A DNA stretch of 64,000 nt. Origin: Promethearchaeota archaeon (GTDB taxonomy: Archaea > Asgardarchaeota > Lokiarchaeia > Sigyniarchaeales > SOKP01). Below are positions 47,556 through 57,352 of the stretch, piece by piece (the stretch's first letter is position 1; each line of letters begins with the position of its first letter). The translations under genes and the position numbers were made by a program. The notes under the pieces are model-generated. The model was given only the letters and a program-made list of their open reading frames with translations. It ran no database searches and was not told the origin of the DNA. The stretch is taken from the NCBI GenBank assembly GCA_048940445.1, contig JBHLON010000005.1:32001-96000 (forward strand), given 5' to 3'.

Positions 47556-48089
47556 TTATTTAAGTGGAACATATTTACTTGAACGTGTTGCTCCTATACC
47601 GGGTGATCCGTGTTGGACTCTCTTTCTTGTTAAAGCAAATTCCCCAAGATAATGACCAATCATTTCAGGGCGAATTTCTACAATTTCATAGGTTCTTCCG
47701 TTATAAATACCAACTTTAAGACCTACAAACTCTGGGAAAATTACTAAGTCTCGAACGTGTGTTCTCACAACTAAATCTTTTCCTCTTTTTTTCGCTCGAT
47801 ATGCTCTTCTTAACCTTTCGATAACTTTTTTCTGGCGAGGAGGAAGTCCTCTTCTTAAAGTTCTTCTAGTTCTTGATGGCAACAGTTGAAGCAATCGATC
47901 CATGTTCATCTTTTTTAGGTCTTCTAGTGTATATCCACGGTAATGAAATCTTAATTTATCACGTTCCTTTTCAACGTCTAATTCCTCGATTTCAGCTTCT
48001 TCTTCAACTTCTTCCTCAATATTCTCTGGAGATTCTTCTTCTTCTAAATCTTCTTTATTCTCTTCATTAAGATCTTCATTCGGAGCCAT
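47556..48089 (-). CDS. rps19: 30S ribosomal protein uS19 with acidic N-terminal extension
   Basis: FHYRGYTLE, RTHVRD, PEMIGHYLGEF, HGSPGIGATRSSKYVPLK. Confidence 0.97.
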   Translation of the reverse strand: MAPNEDLNEENKEDLEEEESPENIEEEVEEEAEIEELDVEKERDKLRFHYRGYTLEDLKKMNMDRLLQLLPSRTRRTLRRGLPPRQKKVIERLRRAYRAKKRGKDLVVRTHVRDLVIFPEFVGLKVGIYNGRTYEIVEIRPEMIGHYLGEFALTRKRVQHGSPGIGATRSSKYVPLK

Positions 48090-48319
48090 TTTTACACCAA
48101 TCTATTTGTTCCATTTACTATTTTTTGTTTAATTTTACTTGATTATTTTGACATGTAAGGTTACAAGTCATCTATCAAATTTTAATTTTATTAAAACGAG
48201 AGAACTGAAAAACATAAAATTTAAAAGTTTATAACCTAAAATTGACCCAAACCCTAAAGATCTTCAAAACGTGAATTTTATCGAAGATTAAAAGAGTTTT
48301 ATTATAATATTTGTCTCAC

Positions 48320-48994
48320 TCAGTAATATTTGTTAGGATTATAAACACGAACAATGTCCGCTTCATTAAAGACTCCGCTCCATCTTTCTTCAATTATAAC
48401 AAATGCATCTGGATCTTTATTCGGATTTATCACTGAATGAAACATATTTTTTAAGTTTGCAAAATAAGAACCATCTTTGATAAAATAGTACACTTTATTT
48501 CCATTTATTACAATAGGTTTACCTGTTAAAACTTTCCAAAATTCACTTCGATATTTATGGATTTGGATTGAAATACCCATCTCTGGTTTAATATATATCA
48601 GATTATAATCACTATATGTGAATTTTATACTATACCATTTTGATAATATATCATCGAATCCTTTAGGAACATTAAACTTATCTATGAATGAATTAGGATC
48701 AATTTTTACTTTCTGTGTATGTTCGTATTTATAAGGATTATAAATAATCTCATGTTTAGAAATATCTTGATTTACCCCAAATTTGATCTTTTCCTTGCTA
48801 TTGTTTAATAACATATAATAATCATATGGAGCAATATTCAAATCTGTGATTGATAAATTATTCACGATAAAAGATGATCCATTTATGAAAAAAATTTTAT
48901 CTAATAGAGCATCATCAATAGAAATCACTAGAGTATCTCTACCGTTTTTCCTTAAAAAAGTGCCTCTCTTAGCATCTAAAATTTGTTCTATCAT
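48320..48994 (-). CDS. Cupin protein resembling the type II mannose-6-phosphate isomerase C-terminal domain
   Basis: SIQIHKYRSEFWKVL.G, FHSVINP, EADIVRV. Confidence 0.7.
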   Translation of the reverse strand: MIEQILDAKRGTFLRKNGRDTLVISIDDALLDKIFFINGSSFIVNNLSITDLNIAPYDYYMLLNNSKEKIKFGVNQDISKHEIIYNPYKYEHTQKVKIDPNSFIDKFNVPKGFDDILSKWYSIKFTYSDYNLIYIKPEMGISIQIHKYRSEFWKVLTGKPIVINGNKVYYFIKDGSYFANLKNMFHSVINPNKDPDAFVIIEERWSGVFNEADIVRVYNPNKYY

Positions 48995-49969
48995 TTAAGT
49001 TTGCCCCATTAAAGCATTATATTTTTGGTATCTTTCTTCAATCTCATTTAAATGTGGGATTGATTCTTGCGCTCCTTTTCTAGTTACAGCAATAGAGGCT
49101 GCTGCTGTAGCATACTTTACAGATGTTATTATGTCTTCTCCTTGATTTAATTTACTTGCTATAATACCATTAAAACAGTCCCCAGCTCCAACTGTGTCAA
49201 TAGCTTTAACTTTGAATGCAGGCAATTCAATGTATTTATCATTTTTAGATAAATACGTTAATGAACCTTTACTACCTAGGGTTGTAATTACACTTTTTAC
49301 CCCTAAGCTACATATATCTCTTGAAATTTGAATAATCTTCTTATTTCCTTTATGTAATGATTCTTTAAAACCTAATAATGTACTTAATCGAGTTAATTCG
49401 CCCTCATTTGGGATGAGGATATCTGTTTTGCTTAAAATTTTAGGAGGTATAGTTTTTAAAGGAGCAGGATTAAGGATTTTAATAACCTCTCCTTTAGAGG
49501 CAATTGAGAAAACTTCTTCGATAGTTTCAATTGAGATTTCCATTTGCACTATTAATGAAGTTGAGTTTTTAATTAATTTTGCAAGTTTTCGAATATCTTC
49601 TGGCATTAATTTAGCATTAGCTCCTGGAGCAACACTTATCATATTTTCTCCATCTTTATCAATCATGATGAAAGCAATTCCACTTGATTCAGTAGGATCT
49701 TTAAGGATATAATCTGTATTAACTCCTTCATTCCTTAATTGAGATATCATTTGTTCCCCATATAAATCTCTACCTACTTTACCGATAAAAATAGTATTTG
49801 AACCAGAGCGCACTGAAGCAACTGATTGATTTGCTCCTTTTCCACCTAAATATTGCTTAAAAATACCTCCTGTTATTGTTTCACCAGGCTTAGGCAATCT
49901 TTCTGAATAAATATTTAAATCTATATTGCTAGAACCTATAATAATTACATAATTTTTCGAACCAATCAT
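48995..49969 (-). CDS. rbsK: Ribokinase (PfkB family)
   Basis: GGKGANQSVA, GENMI..APGAN, NPAP, PNEGE, DTVGAGDCF. Confidence 0.93.
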   Translation of the reverse strand: MIGSKNYVIIIGSSNIDLNIYSERLPKPGETITGGIFKQYLGGKGANQSVASVRSGSNTIFIGKVGRDLYGEQMISQLRNEGVNTDYILKDPTESSGIAFIMIDKDGENMISVAPGANAKLMPEDIRKLAKLIKNSTSLIVQMEISIETIEEVFSIASKGEVIKILNPAPLKTIPPKILSKTDILIPNEGELTRLSTLLGFKESLHKGNKKIIQISRDICSLGVKSVITTLGSKGSLTYLSKNDKYIELPAFKVKAIDTVGAGDCFNGIIASKLNQGEDIITSVKYATAAASIAVTRKGAQESIPHLNEIEERYQKYNALMGQT

Positions 49970-50139
49970 AATTAAATTTAATTCTTAAGTTTCTATTAAC
50001 TATAAGTAGACCATCACAATTAAAATCAATCGTATCTTATCGAATAGTTTTAATTTAATATTATTTTACCAAATAATATTACCTTTAACCAAATTGCTTA
50101 TTATCAAAAAAAAAATAATTTTTAAAAAAGTGAATAAAA

Positions 50140-50466
50140 ATGGCAAAAGATAAAATTATTGGTGCAATAGTATTAATTCTAGGGATTTTTATCGCAGTTG
50201 TCTATACGATGGGAAGTATTGTGGATCTCTGGTTTCAAACTTGGGGTAATAATCCAAATTGGGCAGTTCATATTTTTGGTAGCTTCTTGGGGGGATTACT
50301 TTCATGGGAACTTTTTGTAGTAATACCCATTTGGTTGATAGTAATCTTAATTTGTATTATCGCTATCTGGATCGGATATAGTATGCTAACCACACCCGCG
50401 CCTGTCCCACTCGAAGAACTAGAAGAAGAATTAGCAGCTGAGGAAGGAGAATCTTCTGAAGATTAG
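50140..50466 (+). CDS. Small archaeal 2-TM membrane protein
   Basis: MAKDKIIG..., WIGYSMLTTPAP.PLEELE acidic tail. Confidence 0.75.
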   Translation: MAKDKIIGAIVLILGIFIAVVYTMGSIVDLWFQTWGNNPNWAVHIFGSFLGGLLSWELFVVIPIWLIVILICIIAIWIGYSMLTTPAPVPLEELEEELAAEEGESSED

Positions 50467-50526
50467 AATGAAAACAACTTAAATCTTATTTTTTTTAATT
50501 TCATTTTTTAAAATGAGGAGAAATAT

Positions 50527-51642
50527 CTAATTGAACTCTAAGAAATGAGCTAGTAGATGACCACTACTATAACAGCTAATTAAGAGATTGGAATTGGGCT
50601 CATATTTCAAACCATTTAAACAAGACTTTTGTGTATTTTTTGATATTATTTGTCCATTTGTCGCATTTACAACCATTAACTCTCCTTTTGTAGTACCAAT
50701 ACCTATGAATTTTTGATTATCTTTATGAATTTGACAAATTGCCTCCACATTTATATTTTTTAGCTCCCAATCAACTCCCAAATTTCTATTTAAACATATC
50801 AATTTTGAAGAAAATTGAATGTCTTCAATTTTTTTGTCTTGATTGAAATATGAAAAAGAATAAGAACTGATTAATAATTTCCTATGCTTAAAAAATGGTA
50901 AGGAAAAACATTTCCATATATAATCATTGAAAGATATACTTTTCGTTTCTCTTTGTGTGCTTTTGTCGATTATATGAAGATCTCTATCGTCCCCGCCACA
51001 CACAATGAAGTCTGTCTCATTAGATGACAAATATGAGATGCATCTTATTTTATTAGAAAGGACTTTAAACCATTTTAAGTTTCCATTGATCTCTTCAAAG
51101 ATCTTGATCGTACCATCATTACTACATGCAAAGATCTCTTTTTTATTACTTAATTTATTATCCGACCATATACATGCATCTTCAACCCCATCTCCAAATA
51201 ATTGCCCCCAAATCAATGATCCATTTGAAGATTGCAGAACCCGTAGACTTTTGTCTAGAGAGTACGCAATAATTTCAAAATTATTATCAAGATTGATATC
51301 ATCTAATAAAAATCCGCTAATTGAAGATGCAAATTTGTGATCCCATAATGGTGTCAAGGATAAAGGTGCCGAAATTTGAAAAACACGCAGAATTCCATCC
51401 ATTCCACCAGTTATTAATTTAGGTAAGGTATCAATTTTGGCATTGTATATCTTTAGGTCCCAAATTGGAGTATTTTGCGTACAAGCGTTCTCGTATAACA
51501 AATCTCCTTTTAGTGAGAGAAAATAGATTTTCCCTGATTTTGAATATGAAACTATCTTTGTACCTAAATTTTGATTTGTCAGTATTTCTAGGCCTAATAA
51601 TTGTTCATTAGTTTTATATTTCCATATTTCGATGGTTCTCAA
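50527..51642 (-). CDS. WD40-like beta-propeller protein
   Basis: Repeats LITGGMDGILRVF, IIAYSLDKSLRVL, IFACSNDGTIKIF, IVCGGDDRDLHII. Confidence 0.82.
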   Translation of the reverse strand: MRTIEIWKYKTNEQLLGLEILTNQNLGTKIVSYSKSGKIYFLSLKGDLLYENACTQNTPIWDLKIYNAKIDTLPKLITGGMDGILRVFQISAPLSLTPLWDHKFASSISGFLLDDINLDNNFEIIAYSLDKSLRVLQSSNGSLIWGQLFGDGVEDACIWSDNKLSNKKEIFACSNDGTIKIFEEINGNLKWFKVLSNKIRCISYLSSNETDFIVCGGDDRDLHIIDKSTQRETKSISFNDYIWKCFSLPFFKHRKLLISSYSFSYFNQDKKIEDIQFSSKLICLNRNLGVDWELKNINVEAICQIHKDNQKFIGIGTTKGELMVVNATNGQIISKNTQKSCLNGLKYEPNSNLLISCYSSGHLLAHFLEFN

Positions 51643-51740
51643 CTATCTTCACATTTTAATTATTGGTTATACTATAAAAGAATTCATTTTATTTACTTTT
51701 AAATGCTAGATACTCTAAAAATAATATTCGTGATTAATAA

Positions 51741-52187
51741 ATGTCAGTAGAAAGGAGAATTGATATTTTTTCAGCTTTAATATCAACCCTCAGTATCATT
51801 GCCTTAATAATGGTTATAATTGGACCTTTCGCTGGAACCTTTAATTTTGGTTATGGTTATTATTACTATTCTTGTTTATACTGTGAAAATTGGACTACAA
51901 TTGACTTAATTACACAGATATTTATAATAATACTTTTGATCCTTCAATTTTTAATTGCTTTAAACGAATTACTTCCAAAGAAAATTATTTCAAATGATTT
52001 AACTATGATAGGCATAATAATGGCAGGATTGACATGGACTTTAGCTCTGATAGGTTTAGCTTCTTTCGGAATATGGTGGGGATTCATTAATGATTTCGAA
52101 TGGTGGCCAGAATTAGGTTTCTATGGCAGTCTTGTTGGTGGAATTCTCAATATGATTCTATTTATTTTGAAATTTAAGAATAAATAA
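51741..52187 (+). CDS. Hypothetical 4-TM membrane protein
   Basis: Four hydrophobic helices, CxxC in first loop. Confidence 0.7.
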   Translation: MSVERRIDIFSALISTLSIIALIMVIIGPFAGTFNFGYGYYYYSCLYCENWTTIDLITQIFIIILLILQFLIALNELLPKKIISNDLTMIGIIMAGLTWTLALIGLASFGIWWGFINDFEWWPELGFYGSLVGGILNMILFILKFKNK

Positions 52188-52332
52188 CTCCTCTTTTTTT
52201 TTTGAAAGTAAAAAATAAAGAGAATTTCTTAAAATAAAAACGAAATTTAAATTTTTTACTTTATTCTCATAATTACTGAAAAACACTCTAAACGAACTTA
52301 AACAAAAAATCATTCTTAAAAAGGTTTTAATT

Positions 52333-52530
52333 ATGGGATTCAGAATTGAAATTGATATGGATGCATGCAGCGGATGTGGAACATGTTATGAGGTTTGCCC
52401 TAGTGAATGTTTTGGAGAACCAGAAGGAGGCAAAGTAAATGTTCTAGAAGAAAACAGAGACGATTGCGTGGGTTGCAGAGCTTGTGAAACACAATGCTCT
52501 GAGGAAGCCATTACCATCACTGAAGATTAA
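52333..52530 (+). CDS. 2x[4Fe-4S] ferredoxin
   Basis: CSGCGTCYEVCP and CVGCRACETQC. Confidence 0.95.
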   Translation: MGFRIEIDMDACSGCGTCYEVCPSECFGEPEGGKVNVLEENRDDCVGCRACETQCSEEAITITED

Positions 52531-52596
52531 GAATTGTTTAATAATGTATATTTACAAAATTTTTTTTATTTTTATTACCTATTTAATAAGATAAAA

Positions 52597-52944
52597 TTAT
52601 TCAATTTTCTCAATATTTTCTAGTGGAATCCACCCCGATTTTCCATTTTCTGAAGTTACCCAAATCCACCCACTTTCTTCTAGTTCAATTAAAAATTCTT
52701 CTCCGATAGAAACTGTTAATTCAGTTGCATCATAGTCTTTTAACATGATAGCATTATTCCCATGAATTTTAAGATAACTCTTAGGAACCCATCCTGACTT
52801 TTTGGATTTATTAATAACCCAAATCCATCCTGGCCACTCAGAATCTTTAGTTTCTAGACGCAGCTTTTCTCCTTTTTTAAGTATTAACGGGACTGAAAAG
52901 GATGCTGTGTGATTTTTAACTACTCTACAATCTTTTTTTATCAT
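52597..52944 (-). CDS. Tandem SH3-domain protein
   Basis: KKGE...GWIWV...SGWVP.SYL and DYDATELTV..GE...GWIWV...SGWIPLENI. Confidence 0.85.
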   Translation of the reverse strand: MIKKDCRVVKNHTASFSVPLILKKGEKLRLETKDSEWPGWIWVINKSKKSGWVPKSYLKIHGNNAIMLKDYDATELTVSIGEEFLIELEESGWIWVTSENGKSGWIPLENIEKIE

Positions 52945-53044
52945 TATTTTACTTTAGTATTGATTTTTTTAAAGAATTTCTATTTAAATTAGTTCAGTGT
53001 TACATAATTTAATAGTTATATAATATGATGAACATTTTGGTATT

Positions 53045-53362
53045 ATGCTAAAACAAATTGAAGAGTTTAGTGATGTACTAAAAAAAAAATTTGATCAAGA
53101 AAAGCAAAACAATAAAAAGAAGGTTTCAGCTTTAAAGAATTGTCGATTAGATATTGTCGAAATAAAGTCTGCTATTGAATTTCTACCAAATGGATATAAA
53201 GAATTAAATGAAAAATAAAACTTGCTCCATGAAAAATATTCTTATAAAAAATTCTATAAATATGAAAAAAAGAAAAATAATTTTTTAGATTCCGTTATAG
53301 AATTATCCAAAATATGTGAAATGCTTGAAGATAATATTAGGTTTACAATATCACAAAATTAA
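53045..53362 (+). pseudogene. Possible decayed gene (57-aa ORF 53045-53218 followed by broken reading frames)
   Basis: Protein-like codons continue past TAA at 53216 and in a shifted frame; no family recognised. Confidence 0.3.
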
Positions 53363-53368
53363 TAATTG

Positions 53369-53394
53369 TTTCGTGAAACCCCCCTTTCACGAAA
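53369..53394. repeat. Perfect 10-bp inverted repeat with C6 loop (possible terminator or binding site)
   Basis: TTTCGTGAAA-CCCCCC-TTTCACGAAA, about 55 nt past the stop of the 53448-54554 gene. Confidence 0.6.
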
Positions 53395-53447
53395 GTTTAT
53401 TCATATCTACTAAATATTTCAAGATTCATCATGAAAAGAATGAAGAT

Positions 53448-54554
53448 TTACCATAATAAAATTTTGTTACAATTTTTACAGATACCCTCATTAATCTGTA
53501 TGTTAAGGCATGTTTCATGATACGGGGTTTTACAAGCATTGCACATAAAAATTTTTCCAGTGTATTCCCCAAAATCATATCCACAATATCCACATTTATT
53601 TGCAAAAGAAAAATCAGTGCTATTTACATTTACTTGAACAATTTGGGAGGTTCCCGTCAATCCTATAACATTATCAGAAGGGGTTAGGTAATCGTTTGAT
53701 TGGATTGGTGCTGAATCTTGATGATGAGGTTGTTGAAAATCTTCCCAATTAGATACATAGGTAGAAGTAGGTTTTTTTGAAATTCCTGTTTTTTGAGCTA
53801 CTTTTTCATCTAAGATATTAGTTAAAATAAGTGCTGAAGCGTATTTACCCTTTACTCCTCCTTTTTGCAAGTGAGTATGAGAGATCATATGAATGACTCT
53901 ACCTCCCGCTTTACCAAAATCAAAATATATAAAAACAGGAGCTTCTCCCCATTTACTTAATATTTCTTGAGATGATATCAAAACGTGTACGTTCGGATTC
54001 AAGATGCTAATTGGAAAGCTTTTGGTTTCTAACCACCATCTGAATTCTGTCTTTTTAGTATTTTTTGCGTCCTTTTTTTGCCATTTACTCTGTTGTATTT
54101 CACTAAGAACACCATCAAGGTAAGGGTGATTTGGTTCCAATATTTGGCATGCAACTACTGCATCTGCTGTTTTTTGCCCATTCCAGCGGATAAAACCAGG
54201 AAAAACTACTTCTACCAAAGTTTTTATGGCCCAATCTGTTGTGATTAGCCAACCACCATTTAAAGATACATAATCTTTCACTTTTAAATAAGCAGAATGA
54301 GGAATCTCATCGCCTGGGCATCCAATTAGTACTACATCGTAATCATTAAGATTATATTTCATTATTTGTTTTGGCTTTATAGTTTCATGAGTGGCAGCAT
54401 ACATATGATCGATAATTTTTTTGGGTTTTTCATATCGTCCTTCGACAGCTAAGATTTTACCATGCTTCTCGACAGCGTGTACAACATCTTTTTTATTAAG
54501 CGCTTCCATCTTACGTTGCTTAACCTCAGAATATAAATCTTTCCAGCTACTCAT
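53448..54554 (-). CDS. Protein with GATase-like N-domain and C-terminal C4HC3 RING/PHD-like zinc finger
   Basis: YDVVLIGCPG...YV..GGWLITTDWA; CGYC-CNAC-YHETC-CKNC. Confidence 0.7.
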   Translation of the reverse strand: MSSWKDLYSEVKQRKMEALNKKDVVHAVEKHGKILAVEGRYEKPKKIIDHMYAATHETIKPKQIMKYNLNDYDVVLIGCPGDEIPHSAYLKVKDYVSLNGGWLITTDWAIKTLVEVVFPGFIRWNGQKTADAVVACQILEPNHPYLDGVLSEIQQSKWQKKDAKNTKKTEFRWWLETKSFPISILNPNVHVLISSQEILSKWGEAPVFIYFDFGKAGGRVIHMISHTHLQKGGVKGKYASALILTNILDEKVAQKTGISKKPTSTYVSNWEDFQQPHHQDSAPIQSNDYLTPSDNVIGLTGTSQIVQVNVNSTDFSFANKCGYCGYDFGEYTGKIFMCNACKTPYHETCLNIQINEGICKNCNKILLW

Positions 54555-54636
54555 TAAAAATCTCTCACATTAAGATTATAAGGAATTTAATGTTATTTTT
54601 ATAAAAGTAATAAAAAAATACATATTTATATTTTCA

Positions 54637-56148
54637 TTGAAAGTGATTATGATTAAATATTTAAAAGATTTGGGAAATCCATTAGAATTTTGGGAATATT
54701 TTTATGAAATTTCAAAAATTCCTCACTGTTCTGGACATGAGGGGCAATTAAGGCTTTTTATACAAAAAGAAGCAGAAAAACTAGGTTATGAAACTAAAAC
54801 AGATAAAGTTAATAACTTAGTCATCAAAATTCCATCAAATCCGAGTGAAAAAGATGTAGTAGTTATTACCTTACAAAGTCATATGGATATGGTGTGTGAA
54901 AAAAATGATGACATCATACATGATTTTTCAACGGATCCTTTAGATCTGGAAATAATTAAAATTAAGAATGAAAATTGGATAACTGCCAAGGGTACCACAT
55001 TAGGGGCAGACAACGCTGTTGGAATGGCATATCAATTAGCCATTATGAGAAAGATATATAAAAAGGAGTTGGATTTAGGTCCCATATCATTGAATCTTTT
55101 ATTTACTGTTGATGAAGAGAGAGGACTCACAGGAGCAAGTCAAATCGACAAAGACCTAATAAATGGTCCTTATATGATAAATCTAGATTCAGAAGGAGAT
55201 AATAAGTTTACAATAGGAGCCGCAGGAGGGCGAGTTTTTGAAGTTAAATTATTACTTGAAAAAAGTATTCATGATCAAGATGACTTAGTACCAATAACTC
55301 TTTCAATTACAGGTTTAACTGGTGGTCATTCAGGGGTAGATATTGATAAAGGTAGAGCAAATGCACTAAATTTACTTTCTCAAATTTTATGGAAATTAAA
55401 TAATAATTATAAAATTCATTTAATATCTTTAAGTGGTGGTAATCTAGATAATGCTATTCCAAGAGAAGCAGAAGCGTTATTTTTTATAAAAAAGACTACT
55501 TTCTCTGAAATAAATGAATTAATAGAGCACACTTCTCTACATATTAAGATGTTATATGGGAATATTGAACCTAATATCAAAATAGATATTAATCAAGTAG
55601 ATACTTCTAATGAATTTTCAACTTTTTCAGAAGATATTCAAAATAGGTTGCTTGAACTTTTGTTTTTAATGAAAAATGGCCCAATTTATCTACATCCTAC
55701 AAATAAAGAATTAGTACATACTTCAAGTAATTTTGCTTCAATAAAAACAGAGGAATCTTTTCTTAAATTTGTAATCAGTCAAAGAAGCCTAACTCAATAT
55801 GATTTAGATGTTATTTTTAATCAATTTCAAACTCTGTTTAAGATGTCTGGATTGAAATTTATGACTGATATTAAGTATGAATATCCAAGTTGGACTCCAA
55901 ATTTTAATTCAAAGCTTTCAATGCTAGCAGCAGAGAGCTATAAAGAATTATTCAATAGTGATGTCATAATACACGCTATTCATGCTGGTTTAGAATGCGC
56001 TTACTTCAAATATCATTTTCCTCAATTGGAAATCATATCATTTGGACCAACTATTATTGATGGCCATTCACCTGATGAACGGCTGAAAATAAGTAGCGTG
56101 GAAAAAATATGGAATTTATTAATAAATTTATTAGTCAAACTAGTTTAG
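54637..56148 (+). CDS. pepD: Aminoacyl-histidine dipeptidase (M20C)
   Basis: LQSHMDMVCEK, GTTLGADN, TVDEERGL.GA, INLDSE, GGHSG.DI, IHAGLEC, HSPDE. Confidence 0.95.
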   Translation: MKVIMIKYLKDLGNPLEFWEYFYEISKIPHCSGHEGQLRLFIQKEAEKLGYETKTDKVNNLVIKIPSNPSEKDVVVITLQSHMDMVCEKNDDIIHDFSTDPLDLEIIKIKNENWITAKGTTLGADNAVGMAYQLAIMRKIYKKELDLGPISLNLLFTVDEERGLTGASQIDKDLINGPYMINLDSEGDNKFTIGAAGGRVFEVKLLLEKSIHDQDDLVPITLSITGLTGGHSGVDIDKGRANALNLLSQILWKLNNNYKIHLISLSGGNLDNAIPREAEALFFIKKTTFSEINELIEHTSLHIKMLYGNIEPNIKIDINQVDTSNEFSTFSEDIQNRLLELLFLMKNGPIYLHPTNKELVHTSSNFASIKTEESFLKFVISQRSLTQYDLDVIFNQFQTLFKMSGLKFMTDIKYEYPSWTPNFNSKLSMLAAESYKELFNSDVIIHAIHAGLECAYFKYHFPQLEIISFGPTIIDGHSPDERLKISSVEKIWNLLINLLVKLV

Positions 56149-56237
56149 ATATTTTGAAAATAACTTGTATAACTAAAAAGTTTTTAATTTAAAAAAAATT
56201 AATATGTTGTAGATATAAAGCATTTTTATAAGAAAGT

Positions 56238-56750
56238 ATGCAAAAACAGACAACTCCTAAGGAAGATATCAGTGGTTCTGAAACTATTTTTGAAAAAATA
56301 AAAAGCAAAACACCCTGGTTATTTGGAAACTCATTAAGAAAACCTAAAGTAAATTATCCCCAATTCAAACTTCGAAAGATGGAAATGCCATTACCTGGGC
56401 GAACCTTAGTCGTAATAGGAATATATATAATATTATTCCTCCTCCAAACAGGCATAATATATATTATTTATAGAGAACCTATAGCAATAGGGTCTAATCA
56501 ACAAGGTGATCCTGTTCTATTCTATCCTGATATACATGAAGCATTCATAATTGAGAGTATAGTCGCTTCAATTTTTATTTTTCTTTGTTCTATTGGTTTT
56601 ATTCTTCTCTATCAGGCATCAAAGTATGTATATAATAAGAAGACTGCTATAAAAATATTAATAATAGGCATTATTTTAGTTATTTCTGCTTTTGTTGCAC
56701 TACAAGCGTTTATAACTATAAAATTAGGGGAAAAATTATTTAATGTTTAA
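56238..56750 (+). CDS. Oligosaccharyltransferase subunit OSTC/DC2-like (Ost3/Ost6 TM family)
   Basis: FL.TGIIY....EP.AIGS...G.PV.F.....FIIES..AS..F...GFI.L matches the recalled DC2 pattern GGIIYD...EPPSVGS...YIMEGLASS. Confidence 0.78.
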   Translation: MQKQTTPKEDISGSETIFEKIKSKTPWLFGNSLRKPKVNYPQFKLRKMEMPLPGRTLVVIGIYIILFLLQTGIIYIIYREPIAIGSNQQGDPVLFYPDIHEAFIIESIVASIFIFLCSIGFILLYQASKYVYNKKTAIKILIIGIILVISAFVALQAFITIKLGEKLFNV

Positions 56751-56826
56751 TTTTATTACTTATTTCTTCTATTAATGAAGGCTTTCCTAAAAAAAGAAAA
56801 AAAATTAATAAATTTATACTCCAAAA

Positions 56827-57225
56827 TTATAAATTAGCAATAAAAGCTTTATATGCGGCCTCATCTAATAAATTGCCTTTTTCAGAATCCCAATTCGATG
56901 GCTTAACTTTAAATAGCCATGCTGAGAAAGCATCTTCATTGATTTTTTCTGGTTCATCCATTAATGATGAATTAATTTCTGTTACGGTTCCTGAAACGGG
57001 ACTATAAACATCCCCCACCGCTTTACTTGATTCAACAGTACAATCCAAAGGATCACTACTTGGTTCATCTCCATCCATTTTAACTTGCATAATAGTAGCT
57101 CCTTCAAGAGATTCAACATCTACAAAAGATATTTCACCTAATTGTTCAGCCGCATAAGGAGTGATTCCAACTGCTCCAGTTGCATCATTAAACCATTGAT
57201 GGGTCTTAGTATACCAAATTGTCAT
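56827..57225 (-). CDS. gcvH: Glycine cleavage system H protein (lipoyl carrier)
   Basis: YTKTHQW, VGIT.YAAEQLG, VESSKAVGDVYSPVSG, PEKINED..WLFK. Confidence 0.93.
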   Translation of the reverse strand: MTIWYTKTHQWFNDATGAVGITPYAAEQLGEISFVDVESLEGATIMQVKMDGDEPSSDPLDCTVESSKAVGDVYSPVSGTVTEINSSLMDEPEKINEDAFSAWLFKVKPSNWDSEKGNLLDEAAYKAFIANL

Positions 57226-57352
57226 TTTTTATCTAACTCTTTGTTATATTTTTATAAAACAAAATATATTGAATTTAATTGTATGATAAATTTAATTATA
57301 TCCAAAATATAAAATTTTTTTATTAATTTGACTTAAAATCATATCTGCCAAC

